From NCBI RefSeq assembly GCF_009914755.1, contig NC_060939.1: 64,000 nt of DNA; one strand, 5' to 3'. A model generated the notes under the pieces. That model saw only the letters and a list, made by a program, of their open reading frames with translations, did no database searches and was not told the origin of the DNA. The stretch is from the human T2T-CHM13v2.0 reference genome, Homo sapiens. Of this stretch, positions 1 to 12,922 are shown piece after piece; within the stretch, counting starts at the first letter, position 1, and every line of letters starts with the position of its first letter. A program made the position numbers and the translations under genes.

Positions 1-175
1 AAAACCGGTCCTGTCCCATCCCAAAAGGACATCTGGATAAATACACACTGGGGAGCCATTTTGTGAGTGTTCGTGATACATTTCCCATCGTGCCCTCAGA
101 TCAGCTTCTCTCTGGTGCAGCGCTTTGGGAAACACTTCTCTGCTAGCCTGATATACAGATTTGAGTTATTTCAAA

Positions 176-460
176 TCGATAAATATTTACTGGGCATCGC
201 CCATGTAGAAGGCACATGTGCATGGCAATGGATACAAAAAATAAAAAATAGTGAGTAACACAAGGTCTTGGCATCCAGAGGCTCTTACTCTACTAAGGGT
301 GAACAACATGAAGAATTTTAAAACAAGGCAGAATGTGAGAAGTACTACAAAGAGGAAAAAGCAAACAAGAGGGGGAGTGTTTCCGATGGGGCAGACTGTG
401 GAAGAGCTTGTGGAGGAAGCAGGATTTGAGCAGGGTCCAGAAAGTCGGGAAAGACTGACT
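176..460 (-). mobile_element. LINE L2 3' fragment (decayed)
   Basis: AAATATTTACTGGGC...GGCAC...GGATACA pattern resembles the reverse complement of the L2 3' end; boundaries approximate. Confidence 0.55.
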
Positions 461-644
461 CGCAAATAAACAGGAGTGAAAGGAGGGAGGAGCCTGTCTT
501 GACTGGTCTGCTTTCCAGCACATTGGGCTGGTTAAATATCTAAATTGTAATAGGCTTTCTGCATGCAAAATAAATAAAAGGAATTGCTACATACCTGGAA
601 TTTGCTGCAAACTTTCCCCAGGATTTACCAAGGTCCCACATTTT

Positions 645-878
645 CTGGCCTTGCCTCTTTCTCTGACCTCAGTTCTGTCATCCCTCTCCTCCCTCCCTTC
701 ACAGTAGCCACCCTGTTCTCCAAGGGGGCTCCAGGACTTTCTGCTTGTCATCTTCCCTCTGCCTGGAAGGTAAACTCCATCAGAGCAGGGACTTTTGTGT
801 TACTTATAATTTTATCCTCAGTACCTGGCACAGAGTAGGAGTTCAATTAGTATCTTTGGAATAAATAAGTGGATAAAA
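645..878 (+). mobile_element. LINE L2 3' end fragment
   Basis: TTCCCTCTGCCTGGAA...GTAAACTCCATCAGAGCAGGGAC...GTACCTGGCACAGAGTAGG...AATAAAT matches the L2a tail. Confidence 0.7.
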
Positions 879-1124
879 TAAAGTTCTCAAGTACAGTACA
901 AAGGAGGTGACAAATGTAGAATTTCTTCTTGGATAATTTCTCTGGCTGTTTTTAATTTTTAAAATACATCTATCTGGGCTGTAAATCGTGACTTCACCTG
1001 CCCTAAACCACAAGGACTAACTAGTGTTAATTAAGTCTGATACACCATTACTCTTCATTCCCAATGTACCATTGCAGCTTTTGAATACAGGATCATTTCA
1101 GTCTGCACAAGAATGCTTGGCCTT

Positions 1125-1235
1125 TTAATTCCAACTTCACAGTTGAGAAAACTGATACTCAAGGCAAAGAATCTTCTCAGTAGTCAGAGTCAATAACTGC
1201 AGGAACTAAGACTGGAACCCAAGTTTTCTGCCTGG
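1125..1235 (-). mobile_element. MIR fragment
   Basis: CACAGTTGAGAAAACTGA...GACTGGAACCCAAG resembles the reverse complement of the MIR core. Confidence 0.6.
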
Positions 1236-1269
1236 TATGTTGGGCCTAGAAGGGAACTGCTATTCCTAT

Positions 1270-1606
1270 CTCTCCATCTTTCCTTCCATCTTTCCTTCCT
1301 TCCTTCCTTCCTTAATCCTTCCTTCCTTCCCTCCTTCTCCCCCTCCTTCCTCCTTCCCTCCCTCCCTCCTTCCTTCTCTCCCTCCCTCCCTCCTTCTTTC
1401 CCTCCCTCCCTTCCTTCCTTTCCCTCCTTCCCTGCCTCCCTCCCTGTCTCCTTCCTTCCTTCTTCCCTCCCTCCTTCCTTCCCTCTCTCCCTTTTCTCCC
1501 TCCCCCCTTTTTTTCTCCCTCCCTTCTTCCCTCCTTCCCTTCCTCCCTCACTGTCTCCCTCCCTCTCTGTCTCCCTCCTTCCTTTCTTCATTCCTTCTTT
1601 TCTACT
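1270..1606. repeat. Polypyrimidine (CCTT/CCCT)n tract, GGAA-rich on the minus strand
   Basis: About 335 bp almost entirely C/T; includes five consecutive TTCC units near 1292-1311. Confidence 0.95.
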
Positions 1607-1890
1607 TTTTTAAGAAACAAGGTCTGGCTTTGTCACCCAGGCTGGAGTGCAGTGGCGTGATCACAGCTCACTACAGCCTCAAAATCCTGAGCTCAAGTGA
1701 CCTCCCACTCCTGCCTCCTGAGTAACTAAGCCTACAGGCACATGCCATCATGCCCAGCTAATATTTTGTATTTTTTGTAGAGACAGGAGTCTCACTATGT
1801 TGCCCAGGCTGGTCTCGAGCTCCTGGGTTCAAGCAGTCCTTCCGACTTGGCCTCCTCAAATGCTAGGGTTAAAGGTGTGCACACCCAGCC
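1607..1890 (-). mobile_element. Alu, AluJ-like
   Basis: Reverse Alu from TTTTT...GTCACCCAGGCTGGAGTGCAGTGG to CACACCCAGCC; J-type motifs TCACAGCTCACT and GAGCTCAAGTGA. Confidence 0.93.
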
Positions 1891-3365
1891 TGCTACTCCT
1901 ATTCTTAACATCAAGCTGTAAAGGGCTTCCATGTATCGACAAGGGAATGTGGTGTGATCTGAGGAAAATCTCACCCTACAAACAGGAAATATTAAGCAAG
2001 TTTTGACAGTTACTCCTCCTTTGCTTTGCTTTAAAGTGAACTTAACTCCTCTTGATTACTGTTATTGGAATGTCTAAACTTAAAAATAATAAGTACTGCT
2101 TAGGAGCAATCGTTATTTTAACTGTGTGAATTAAGAGCATAAGTCTTTTGTTTAAAATTCTCTTGCGTGTTCTACTGAATACTTCCAAAGGTTCCGGGCT
2201 GTAATTCCCTTGCAGGCAACGTACGCTTCAGTGAAATTTTTCATTTGCAAATTAGGTTCGTTTACGGCAGAAAATGAAAAGTCATCATCAGACAGACCAA
2301 GAAATGGGGCCAATCTTTACCTAGAAGGAGTAATTAGCTGAAATATCTGTGGGGAAATTTTTATCTTTCACGTATTGTCAATTTTACAAAGGTATGAAAG
2401 AATCACTCTAAAAACCTCAAGAACATATCTAATTACGGTTTACCCCAGTGACTGTTCATAACTGACTGTTTACTCAGATTGGAATGGGAATTGCAGACAT
2501 TCCTTGGATGAGACCACACTCCACAATATGGAATTCAGTAATGAGGTTCCGGTTCACAACCTCCCAGTGCAAAGTTTGGGCAAGGTTTAGATGGTTCTGT
2601 AGATGTCAGTTCTAATTATCTCCTAAAGGACAGTCTATACTGTCCCCCACTAAATCCCCAGTGAGGGAAGGGAAACCTTTCCTTGGAACATTACCTCCCT
2701 ATTTATTTAATTTTCTAGATAAATCAGGAAAGATACAAGGAGAATGGAAAGGTAAGCTCACACATCACAGGCATCCTTGACAGTAGTGGGACATTAGACT
2801 GCTGACCAGACACAGGTTGGTGGTTATCTATAAAACGTTACTTATTACTTCAAAACCAACACACGCAACGCATACCTCCTACCGAAAAAACAAGCTCTTT
2901 TCATCACAATTGTGTACCATGTTCAGCTCTGGCCATTTTTATTTCCAGCAAGTTGGATTCATTCCATTTTTAATGGCAACTCCTTGAGGAAACGCTCTTT
3001 TTAAACCTGTGTTTTGAGAAATGAAGTTAATGGGCCAGAACTGGTTTATCATGAAATACTCATCAAGTCAGGAAACAAAGTTCAAATCCTTCTACCCTTA
3101 GGTGAATGAAATTCGTTTGTAGGACACTCCTGGAGTAACTATCTAAAGGTCATCTTTCTAGTTAGTGAAGACAGTTCTAAAATAGTAAACTTGGGTTCAC
3201 TGCTATTACCTTTTGTCAAACTTAATTTAAAAAGAAGGAAACAAGTCTGATACTAAATCTAATAAAGTAGTCAATCATCTTAAATTATAGGAATAGAATT
3301 CAAAAGAGCCAGAAATTGTCTCCTTTCCTCTCCCCACCAACATCTGGGAATGAATGGTCAATTTT

Positions 3366-3673
3366 CTTTTTTTTTTTTTTTTTTTTCTTTTGAGATGGAG
3401 TCTCACTCTGTCACCCAGGCTGGAGTGCAGTGACACGATCTCGGCTCACTGCAGCCTCCGCCTCCGGGTTCCAGCGATTCTCCTGCCTCAGCCTCCTGGG
3501 TAGCTGGGATTACAGGCACGTGTCACCATGTCCAGCTAATTTTTTGTATTTTTAGTAGAGATGGGGTTTTGCCATGTTGGCCAGGCTGGTCTTGAACTCC
3601 TGACCTCAGATGATCTACCCTCTCTGGCCTCCCAAAGTACGAGGATTACAGGCATGACCAGCGGTGCCCGGCC
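3366..3673 (-). mobile_element. Alu, AluSx/Sz-like, with TSD
   Basis: Full-length reverse Alu with poly-T tail; TSD TGAATGGTCAATTTT (3351) / TGAGCGGTCAATTTT (3674). Confidence 0.96.
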
Positions 3674-4399
3674 TGAGCGGTCAATTTTTAAAGTGTTCTC
3701 CTAATTTATCAGAGCATTTTGCAAAGCTGGAAGAACAGGCTGTACATGGAAGAAGCAGAACAGTGTGCCCTTCTCCACTTCAGGGCTCCAGGGCTATCTG
3801 TGGCTAGAGAGGTCTCACTGTGTTGTCCAGGGGTGTCTGTGGCTAGAAATCTTCAGAGCCACCTGTGGCTAGAGAGCTGGGACCATTCATTTGGCATGGG
3901 GCTGCACTCCCCCTAATGGAAAGGGGCCATGACACATTCCCGTGGCTCTGGTTTTCAATATTCTTTATCAGCCATCACATTATCTATCACCAGCACATGC
4001 CCTCAGTTACAATTAACTAGAGCACGGCTTATCTTACACTCCTTACAGTTTAGGCTAATGTCTTTCTGAGATTTGGGAATGGTTAATCACATCCCCGGTA
4101 TGTTGATTCTTACCAGCTTTAATTTCAGAAAATTATACTACCTGGAACACCAGCATGAGAAACTATGTACTCAGACCACCCTGTATATAACTCTGTTGTA
4201 ACACTTATTCTACTGTGTGGATTGATAGTTTATGACTGTCTCTTTCACCAGAATCTCCTTGAAGATAGATAATGTGCCTTAGCTTGCACATATTAACTGC
4301 TCATCAGATGCTTGTAGAGAGAACAAATTAAGTTAACAGTGACTAGCTGCTGAAATTCTTCTCCATGAAAGTACAGAGTCACAGCAACCTGTTACAAAT

Positions 4400-5172
4400 C
4401 ACTCATTCATTCACTGTTCTAGTCAACCAACATTTAAAATATACGGAAGACATCCAGATGAACAAAACAGACATGGCCCCTCCTCTTAGGGTAGGGACGG
4501 TTAATAGAGAAGACAGACAATGAACAAGTAATCACATAAATGAATATCCAGTTGGAAATTGTAACAAAGTGAATGGAAGCAAAGTAGGGTCATGAGAGAC
4601 TGAAAAAAAGGCTTGTTTATTTTGAGACTGGAAGGATCAGTAGGGGTCAGCTGTGGAGAGAATAAGATAAAAATTTCGAGGCACTGGGAACAAGATGTGC
4701 AAGGGCCCCGAGGTAGGGAAGAGCATGATACATTCACGAAACTGATAGATCAGTATGGCTAGAATTCAGCAGCAGGAAGGGTAAACTGGAATGATCCTAG
4801 AAATTGAATCTCTCTAAAATCGAATCTCCCCTTCTTTTCTCTGAGTATCCTTCCTTTAAAATAAGAAAATAACGTCACACAAGGCCTTGTAAACCTGGTA
4901 AAGGGCTTTTAATTTTGTCCTCAGGGGAAAAGAAAGCCTTTCAAGCAGGAGAGTGACAGAACCAGATGTGCATTTCCGAAAGGACATTCTCCCTGCTGTG
5001 TGTGGTGGAGGAAAAGGAGGTGGACAGCAGAGGGCAAAAGTGGGAGATGGTACAGAGGGCCACTGGGAGTCAGGGTCAGGACCTGGACCGGGTGGGGACA
5101 GCAGACAGGTTTGCTATGAATGCTGGAAGTAATTCTCAGGGTCTTGGTGATAGAATCCATATGAGACAGAGG
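4400..5172 (-). mobile_element. LINE L2a fragment
   Basis: CATTCATTCA, GATGAACAAAACAGACATGG, GTGCAAGGGCCCCGAGGTAGG and AAGCAGGAGAGTGACA match L2 in reverse. Confidence 0.75.
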
Positions 5173-7789
5173 TGCAATGTGTGCCTGGGTTTGTGTGTGC
5201 TCGGAGCTAACCTGGAATACCTAGCCTGCCCAGCTCCCAAACCATCTCCCAAGGCACACAGGGAAGGCGGGGCTTTGGTTAAGAACGCACCCTAACAAAC
5301 CCCAGGTCATCCCCCGGATCCTAGTTCTGGCACAAGCTACACATACATTTCTCCCAGCCCTCAGCACAAGGTTCTGCACCCCGGCCCGTGTCATTGCCCC
5401 ACTGAGGAAAGTGGATGCTTGAGAGAATCTGTGCTTTCCTCCTTGTCAGCAGTTGTCAGCAGGGTGCAGACACCCACTCTTGGGGTCTCCATATGAGAAG
5501 CCCCTCCTCAACCCGACTGACTTGACAAGCTCAGGGGTGCCAATGAGTGGACTACAAAACGTCACACAGGCAGTGAAATCTAATGTCTCTGTCTCTTCCT
5601 TGAGTGGCCTATAAACATCCCTCCCTTAAAAGAACAAAAGAAAAGCCCTGCTTCCCATTGTGAGTTCTGGCCTTGGCTGCCCCAACTGTCAGAGCCACAG
5701 CTGAGGACCTCTGGCCTCCCAAGCCTTTCGTTTTTGCTCTGTATTCCCTCTGCTCCAGGCCCCTGACATCCAAAGCTCTTCTTAAAACATCCTTTGATAT
5801 CCAATTTCCTTTTGATATGGCCCCTACTGTCAAAAGCACATTTTTGTTTTCTTGCTGGAGAACTGATCCAAATTCCTCTTCTGTGTACCCACAACTTCCT
5901 GGTTCTGCTCATGGATCCCCGGGCTGGTGTGCTTAATCCTCACAATCACTCAACCTGCTCTTTTCCAGGGATGCCTCCTACACTGAAGCATGCACCTAGT
6001 TTTTCTTTCTTTAACATACAACATTCTAATCTAGCTTTTCTTGCTTGACCCTTCTTTTCCCTACATGACAGCGTGTTACACATTCAGATTCCTCCCAGTT
6101 AATAGACTGGATGCTTTTTTAAAGAGGACCAACAGAGGCTTTTCCAAGCCCCAGCAAGAAACTCCAGTAAGAATCATTCTGTATTTTGAATATGAATGTC
6201 TCTTAATTTTGAATGCCCAGTGAGGTTAAAGATAGACAAAAATTATTGAGTGCCTACTATATGCTTGGCAGGGAGATATCTGTTTAATAAATGTCTTTAT
6301 TCAGACACGTTCCTATCTCCCGTATTCCCTAACTCCTTTCACTTATTTTAGGTGGGTAACTCAAGCGCAGTGTGCTCTGGAGTATGAGAGAAAGCAATGT
6401 TGTAAGCAACCATGGAGAAGGCATGGTGAGATGTGGGCTGCCCTCCTCTCCTGGGCGGGGCTGAGGAACTTGGCAGTGGAGGATGGGCTGTGAGCATCAG
6501 CAGGCTGCTTTGGGGCAGGCAGGAGGGAGCCTTCACCATGACTGCATGGGTAACCAGTCCCCAGACAATTAAGAGTTAACTGGATAAATTTAGGGTTATC
6601 CAGGACCTCATTGCTCCTACTACTCCTTTGATTCCGGTAAACTCAGTGTAATGACTTCCACTTTCCAGAAATAATCCATGGGGTTAAGAACTTTCTCCAA
6701 GAACTCACAGGGAGGGTGGGGTGCCCCCTGCAGCAGAACCCTCCCCACATGGAGCTGACTTTGCAGCCCACCACCAACACACACACCATGACCTTGTCCC
6801 TGGTGCCCACAGAGTGTCTGGCTCCATTACCACTAAGGAGGCTCTGCCTGCCACTGCTAGGAGACCTCAACGACTCAAAGTCAGAGTGTGCACACGTTTG
6901 GGGCTCCATTCTAATTCTCAGGGCATTCACACTGTCCTGGCAACTCACCCCCAGAACAGATCCAGATATGGCAGCCAGCAGATAAAGACCTTTATGTGTG
7001 GGCAACACCAGGATCATTTGCATGTAGGAAAGAGGCCATCCCCCACCCCGTCCATTTACACAGGCAGAATGTGCCCTGCCACTTGGACCTAAAAAGACCT
7101 CGGCAAGCACCACAAGGTTTATGAAACCAAAGAGAACCAGCAACAAACTCACTGAATCAGAGGGAAGTAGCAGGGGCTTCTTCCCCTCCCCTGATGTTCA
7201 CACTTGGCCAATTTGTTTAATTTCCTTGGCAACTATGGACACGCTAAACTCACAAAAGTTAATTCTCTGAGAGAAGAAAGATGAATCTTAGATAAACAAG
7301 GCTGCATTTGGGGAGGTGGGAAAAGCCACATGATGCATGTTCTCATCTCCCCTTCCACCCAACTCACCTGTCATCTTCCTGTGCTTCCTCATTGCAAAAC
7401 CAGCATTCCTCTCACGGTCAGCTATGCACAAAATATCCTTCTGTTCTCCTGGTCACATCAAAGCACCTTCACGCTATGCAGACAGGTCATTGAGGGAACG
7501 GAGAAAATTAACAAACGCACCTAGGTTATTTCTATTAAAATTAGCCCCTCAGCCGGTAGGCTCTGTCAGTTTCCATTGAACACAAACTCTGACAAGTCTG
7601 TTGAAAACTTTTAACCTTTCCAGGTTGTGTCAACAGCTTGCAAACACAACAGGAGGATGGTGCCTCTGAGTTCTGCCTTTCCTTTTGGAATAGAGGAGGT
7701 ATCAGGATTTGTTACCACCAGCTTTCATGTTTATCTTCACTGCTCTGCTCACTCCCCGCTGCCACTTAAGGAGCATACAAACACCTTAC

Positions 7790-8630
7790 TGGATAAAGAC
7801 AAACATCTGTCAATTGTCTATAAGGTCCTGATGAGATTTAGCTTTTGCCTACTTCTCCCCTCATGTTTTAGCCCACTCTCCCCCACTCTCTACTCAGCTC
7901 CACTGAAGGCTACCTTATGGAATTCTTCAAAAAAGCAGGTAGAGTTCCTCCTGCCACAGGGTCTTTGCATATCCTGTTCCTTAGCATGGAGCCCTCTTCT
8001 TACCTAGTGATATGGTTTGGCTGTGTCCCACCCAAATCTCATCTTGAATTATAGCTCCCATAATTCCCACATACTGTGGGAGGGACCCATTGGGAGGTAA
8101 TTGAATCATGGAGGCAGTTTCCCCCATACTGAACCATCTGATGGTTTTATAAGGGGAAATCCCTTTCACTTGGTCCTCACTCTCTCTTGTCTGCTGCCAT
8201 GTAAGATGTGCCTTTCGTTTTCTGCCATGATCATGAGGCCCCCCCCCCACCGCCCAGCCACGTGGAACTCTGAGTCCATTAAACCTCTTTTTCTTTATAA
8301 ATTACCCAGTCTTGGGTATGTCTTTGTCAGCAGCATGAAAGTGGACTAATACAGCTAGTTAACCCTTACTCATCTCTTGGGATCTCAACTCAAAAGTAAC
8401 TTTCTCAGGAGAGGGATGGTCTAAAATTTATACTCTCACAGACCTTTTACATTTATAATGAAGCATGTTCCATACTTGGGTATTATATATAGTATTTATG
8501 AAATTATTTATCTAAGGTCTGTTTGCCCACTAGAATAAAAGTTTCATGAGAGCAGGAAGAATGTGTGATTTGTTCCAACACGGAACATGATATATACTCA
8601 CTAAGTGTGTTTAATTATTAGATTAATTAA
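7790..8630 (+). mobile_element. LINE L2a fragment interrupted by a THE1 LTR
   Basis: CCTGCCACAGGGTCTTTGCAT before the LTR; colinear L2 resumes after it (TACTCATCTCTTGGGATCTCAACTCAAA...CACTAGAATAAAAGTTTCATGAGAGCAGG). Confidence 0.72.
8008..8353 (+). mobile_element. THE1 (THE1B/C-like) solo LTR, ERVL-MaLR
   Basis: Starts TGATATGGTTTGGCTGTGTCCC, ends GGACTAATACA; 5-bp TSD CCTAG/GCTAG; ATTAAA at 8278. Confidence 0.95.
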
Positions 8631-8914
8631 TAATTTTATCATGTCATACCTCTAGTTAAACATTTTCCAGTGGTTCCCATGATATTTCATAAAGTCTGAA
8701 GTCTTCCAAAACCATCTGTAATGGAATCTCACCCAATCATAGGAATTCAAGATTATTTATTATTAATCCCCTCAAAGGTACTCTCCTCTTCTGCCAAGGT
8801 CATTGGTTGACTGTGCCTCAACGATTGCCCCTCATCTAAAATAGCTTCTTTTATCTCCCCTCTGATTATTCAAATCTAGTAATGCATGAAAATGCAGGGG
8901 CATGTGGACACCAT

Positions 8915-9105
8915 AACACAATGTAAGGAATGCAGCTCTAGCTCAGAGTCCTAGGTTCAAATTCATCTATCATGACATATTATGTGACCTTGACCAAGCC
9001 ACTTACATGCTCTGAGCTTCTCTCTTTTAAAAGAACAAAAGTGATATCTACAAGGCTACTGCGGAAGTTAAAGCACATGGTAGATACTAGGTAATTATTA
9101 GCTCC
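8915..9105 (+). mobile_element. MIR
   Basis: CCTAGGTTCAAATTC...TGTGACCTTGACCAAGCCACTTA...CTCTGAGCTTC. Confidence 0.7.
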
Positions 9106-11015
9106 ACTTCCATTCTTCAGGTGAGACCATCAAAAACCTATATGGTGAAAAGTTGACATAATGGAGAAGCAGCATGGACCAAGTTCATCTACAAAATTAG
9201 TTGCCAGGAAAACACAGGTTTATCTTCATAAGCTGGCAAGGAGATTCTCAAAAGTGGTATATGGGTTCATTCCCACTGGTGTCAGGCAGACCCTGGAGGT
9301 AGGTCTGCTCTTCCTGGTAGCAAAGCAATCTATGGTCACAATGATTTGTTTCTTAAAGGGCCCTAAAGAAACACTAGTTCTCATCAAAGTTTAGCATCCT
9401 GTGTCTTTGACCATCTTGTTCAATGAGAAAGAGTTTAGGCAGCATCTGCTACATGTTCAACATTCTAGTTATTACTAGAGAGGATGAAAAATATTACACA
9501 TGGGCCTTTCCCACAAGGTATTAATAGTATAGCCAGACAGGAAAGAATTGCCTTGATGAGGTGAGACCATACAGAATTGAGTTTTAATTGTGTGCTATAG
9601 ACTAAGTTCAGAGGAGAAAAAGCAATCAAAATAATTACTCATTCATTTAATAACCATCCGTTAAGTATTTACCAAACACAGGACAATGAACTAAAAAACT
9701 AAAACACAACCAGCTTTTTAGGAGCTTGTAACTCTCTCCACCTGTGATCCCCTTTGTTCCATCCATCCAAATCCTACTCACCCATGAAGGCCTTGGTCAA
9801 ATCACACAACCCCCATGAAGCCTTCCTTAACCATTCTGGACCAGCTCCCCCTCCTCCCATCTATACTTCTCAAACATTGTCTATTTTTCACACTGATTTT
9901 ACCACTCACCTCACATTTGCATGGCCTGTGCTGTCAAATACAGTCATCTCTACTTGCATAACTCTCATTTCACTTTTTTTCTCAGTATATACATCTTTCC
10001 ATCTATTTATAAACCCTGGGAGGCCAAGGGCCCTTGAATCTTCTGCCGCAGGTTTAACACAAATGCATTTTTATTTGAATTAAAGTAGGTCTTCCTACGA
10101 GCAGTTCAAAGTAGAAAGAGGGGATAAGGATGGAAAGTGCCCTTTATGGAACACGTGCTATGTGCTGGGTCCTTCCCTCAGGCCTATTTAAATCCTTATA
10201 ATCCTAGAAGAAGGTACTGAGTCTTCTTGGAATCCTTCCTCTCCTCCTACACACATCATCCTGAACATGGTCACTGAGCAGCCAGCATCTGCCCACCTTG
10301 GCCCTGGCTACATTCATTGCTGGAGTGGGAGTATATTTAACTGTTTCCAAAAGCAGGGAGGTAATTACTTGCTGTATCCAATGAGCTGGAATCACCCGTG
10401 CTCTGCTTGTTTCTAATACGCCCATCAACCAAAGCTAAACACACAGGAGACCACCATTAGAAAACGCAGGCTCTTTTTGCATGACTGCCTATTTGAACAA
10501 ACTCACAAAGGTCTTAAATCCAAGTAAGACCATCTAAGAATGCAAAAGTTTAAAAATGATAGGTGGCAGTTTTGCCAGGATGTACGAAACTGCAGTACTT
10601 TTTTTATTTTTAAAGGAAGTCCACTATTCTCCATTTCCCAAAAAGTTCTTTGTTCTTTTGCTCTAACAAAGTAAATTATTCCTCACCTTGGGCAAGTTGG
10701 TAGGAACGTGAGAAAATTACATTAAATCAGACATCCTTGAGATCAAAATAGATTGGAACAGGGGTTCTCTTTGTTTAAAATAGATCTTCAAAGAGAAAGC
10801 AAAAGAGCTTAAGGGAAGAAAAAGTTGTCAAACAACCTCAAGCACTCTGGAAGCACCTAAGATCTACAAACTATTGATATGTTAATTAAAATTTACTTTT
10901 ATCTAGTATAGGTGTTTGCTGGTCATGGTCTCATTACCCTGTGGCTCTTTTGGCCCTTGAATAAAATTTCATTTCTTGAAAGACATTAGAAAATGCTTCT
11001 TTTTCTCTCTTTCAG

Positions 11016-11188
11016 ATGGTTTCCTCTCCCTTATTGCAATTTAACAAGACTTCACTCTGGCTTAAACCTGGACACCGAATCCCAGAGAGAATACACTATC
11101 CATTCACTCCATCCACCAGTAACCTTCTGACCAGATCAAAAACAAGCCATATTGGACAAGATACAGAAAAAGTAGAAAATTTTAATCA
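11016..11188 (+). other. Candidate plus-strand exon (173 nt), unverified
   Basis: Strong acceptor CTTCTTTTTCTCTCTTTCAG| and donor TCA|GTGAGT; open in frame 0. Confidence 0.2.
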
Positions 11189-11650
11189 GTGAGTAATTAA
11201 TAACTCTGTATTGACCAGTTGCCAGAGTAGGACTTCTCCGGATTTTAAAATGTCTAGAGAAAGAAAATCCTGTTCAGCGATAACCCTTCTATTTCAATTC
11301 TGCAAAGCCCTCACTGCTGAAAATTCCTTCAGGGCCCAATACAAATGTCCATGGGATAGTTTATCTCCTCTGGTTCTATTCCAGAGAAGATGTCCCTTCC
11401 AGGTTCTTGAAATTTCTTCCTTAAGTGATCCCTAGTACCGATCCTGATCTTGAACCAGTCAGAAAATAAGGTCATGCAAAATAGTAAACTTAAACCATCA
11501 GAAGTCAAATTCAGATTCTTAAGTGTCTAAGGAGTCTTGTGACTTTGCAGTGAGCCAATGATTTTTTTTAATATTAGTTCATGTTTTCTTTTAAAAAGCT
11601 GATCCCCTGCACAATGTTACTGCTAACAGAATTTTTACTTTCTTCCGGAA

Positions 11651-11866
11651 CAGAGGTTGGCAAACTGACCTGTGGGCTGAATGCCTGTTTATATAAATAA
11701 AACTTTATTGGAAACACAGCTATACCGATTTGTTGACATATTATCTATGGCTGCTTTCTTCTTACAGCAGCAGGCAGAGTTGAGTAGTTGTAAGAAAGAC
11801 CACATTGCCTGCAAATCCTAAAACATTTACTGTATGGCCATTTACGGAAACGTCTGTAGACCTTTG
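11651..11866 (+). mobile_element. MER58A (hAT-Charlie DNA transposon)
   Basis: CAGAGGTTGGCAAACT...AATAAAACTTTATTGGAAACACAGC...GGCAGAGTTGAGTAGTTG...GACCTTTG. Confidence 0.9.
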
Positions 11867-12161
11867 CTACTACTAAACCATTACCACTAAAATGCACAGT
11901 ATCAAAATTACTACTCTAAGGTTTGAGGAAAACATGCTGGCTATCTTAAAACCTAAAGCCAATTTTTATTGTATGATTAATTCAACAGTGGTCATTCTGG
12001 AGACCTTCAAAGAACGATAATCACCTTTTATGATCTAATTTGCCATCACCATCTACAAACCCTGTTTTGCTATCTCATTTGACACACCCTACCAAAAAAT
12101 TAGGAATGTGCCAATACTGTCTGTAAAAAGCACTAACCAGCAGCACCATATGATGATAACA

Positions 12162-12452
<291 letters not shown>

Positions 12453-12513
12453 ATATTAACCAGTACCATAAGCACTGTGCTAAGCATGTTACGTGTATTG
12501 TCATGTGAGCAAG

Positions 12514-12629
12514 ATGTAAGATACACAAGGGTAGGGTTTTGTCTGTTTGGTTTACTATTGAGTCCTTGGAACTTAGAACAGTGGCTAGCACATTGTAGCC
12601 ACTCAACAAAAATTTGATAAATGAATGAA
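12514..12629 (+). mobile_element. L2 3' tail
   Basis: CTTAGAACAGTGGCTAGCACATTGTAGCCACTCAACAAAAATTTGATAAATGAATGAA. Confidence 0.75.
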
Positions 12630-12922
12630 AGTTCTCCCATAAAGGCCACGGGATTTATCCTGGTACTGGCAAAGTGACACGCAGAGATTTGAAACCAGGT
12701 GGTTTCAGTCAACACCTCACTGCCTCTGTTATCACATGGTTCAGCCAGCACACCCTCATCCAGCCCATCTTGTTTTCAATTAAATAAACACCCTTTGGCA
12801 ATGGAATAACTAAATCTAACCTGATTAAATAGTAAGCATTTATTGGGAGTTGATTTACTTAGCACTGTATTAGAAACTACAAACCTAAAAAGAAATCTAA
12901 GATGCTTTTGCCTGTGGCACAT

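Noticed and set aside
1190-1725. Long G/R/E/K-rich and P/S/F/L-rich ORFs
   Set aside because: Translations of the CCTT tract and the Alu, which lack stop codons by composition
6643-7152. 169-aa ORF with overlapping ORFs on both strands
   Set aside because: Non-ATG start, no recognisable domain; locally GC-richer sequence explains the few stops
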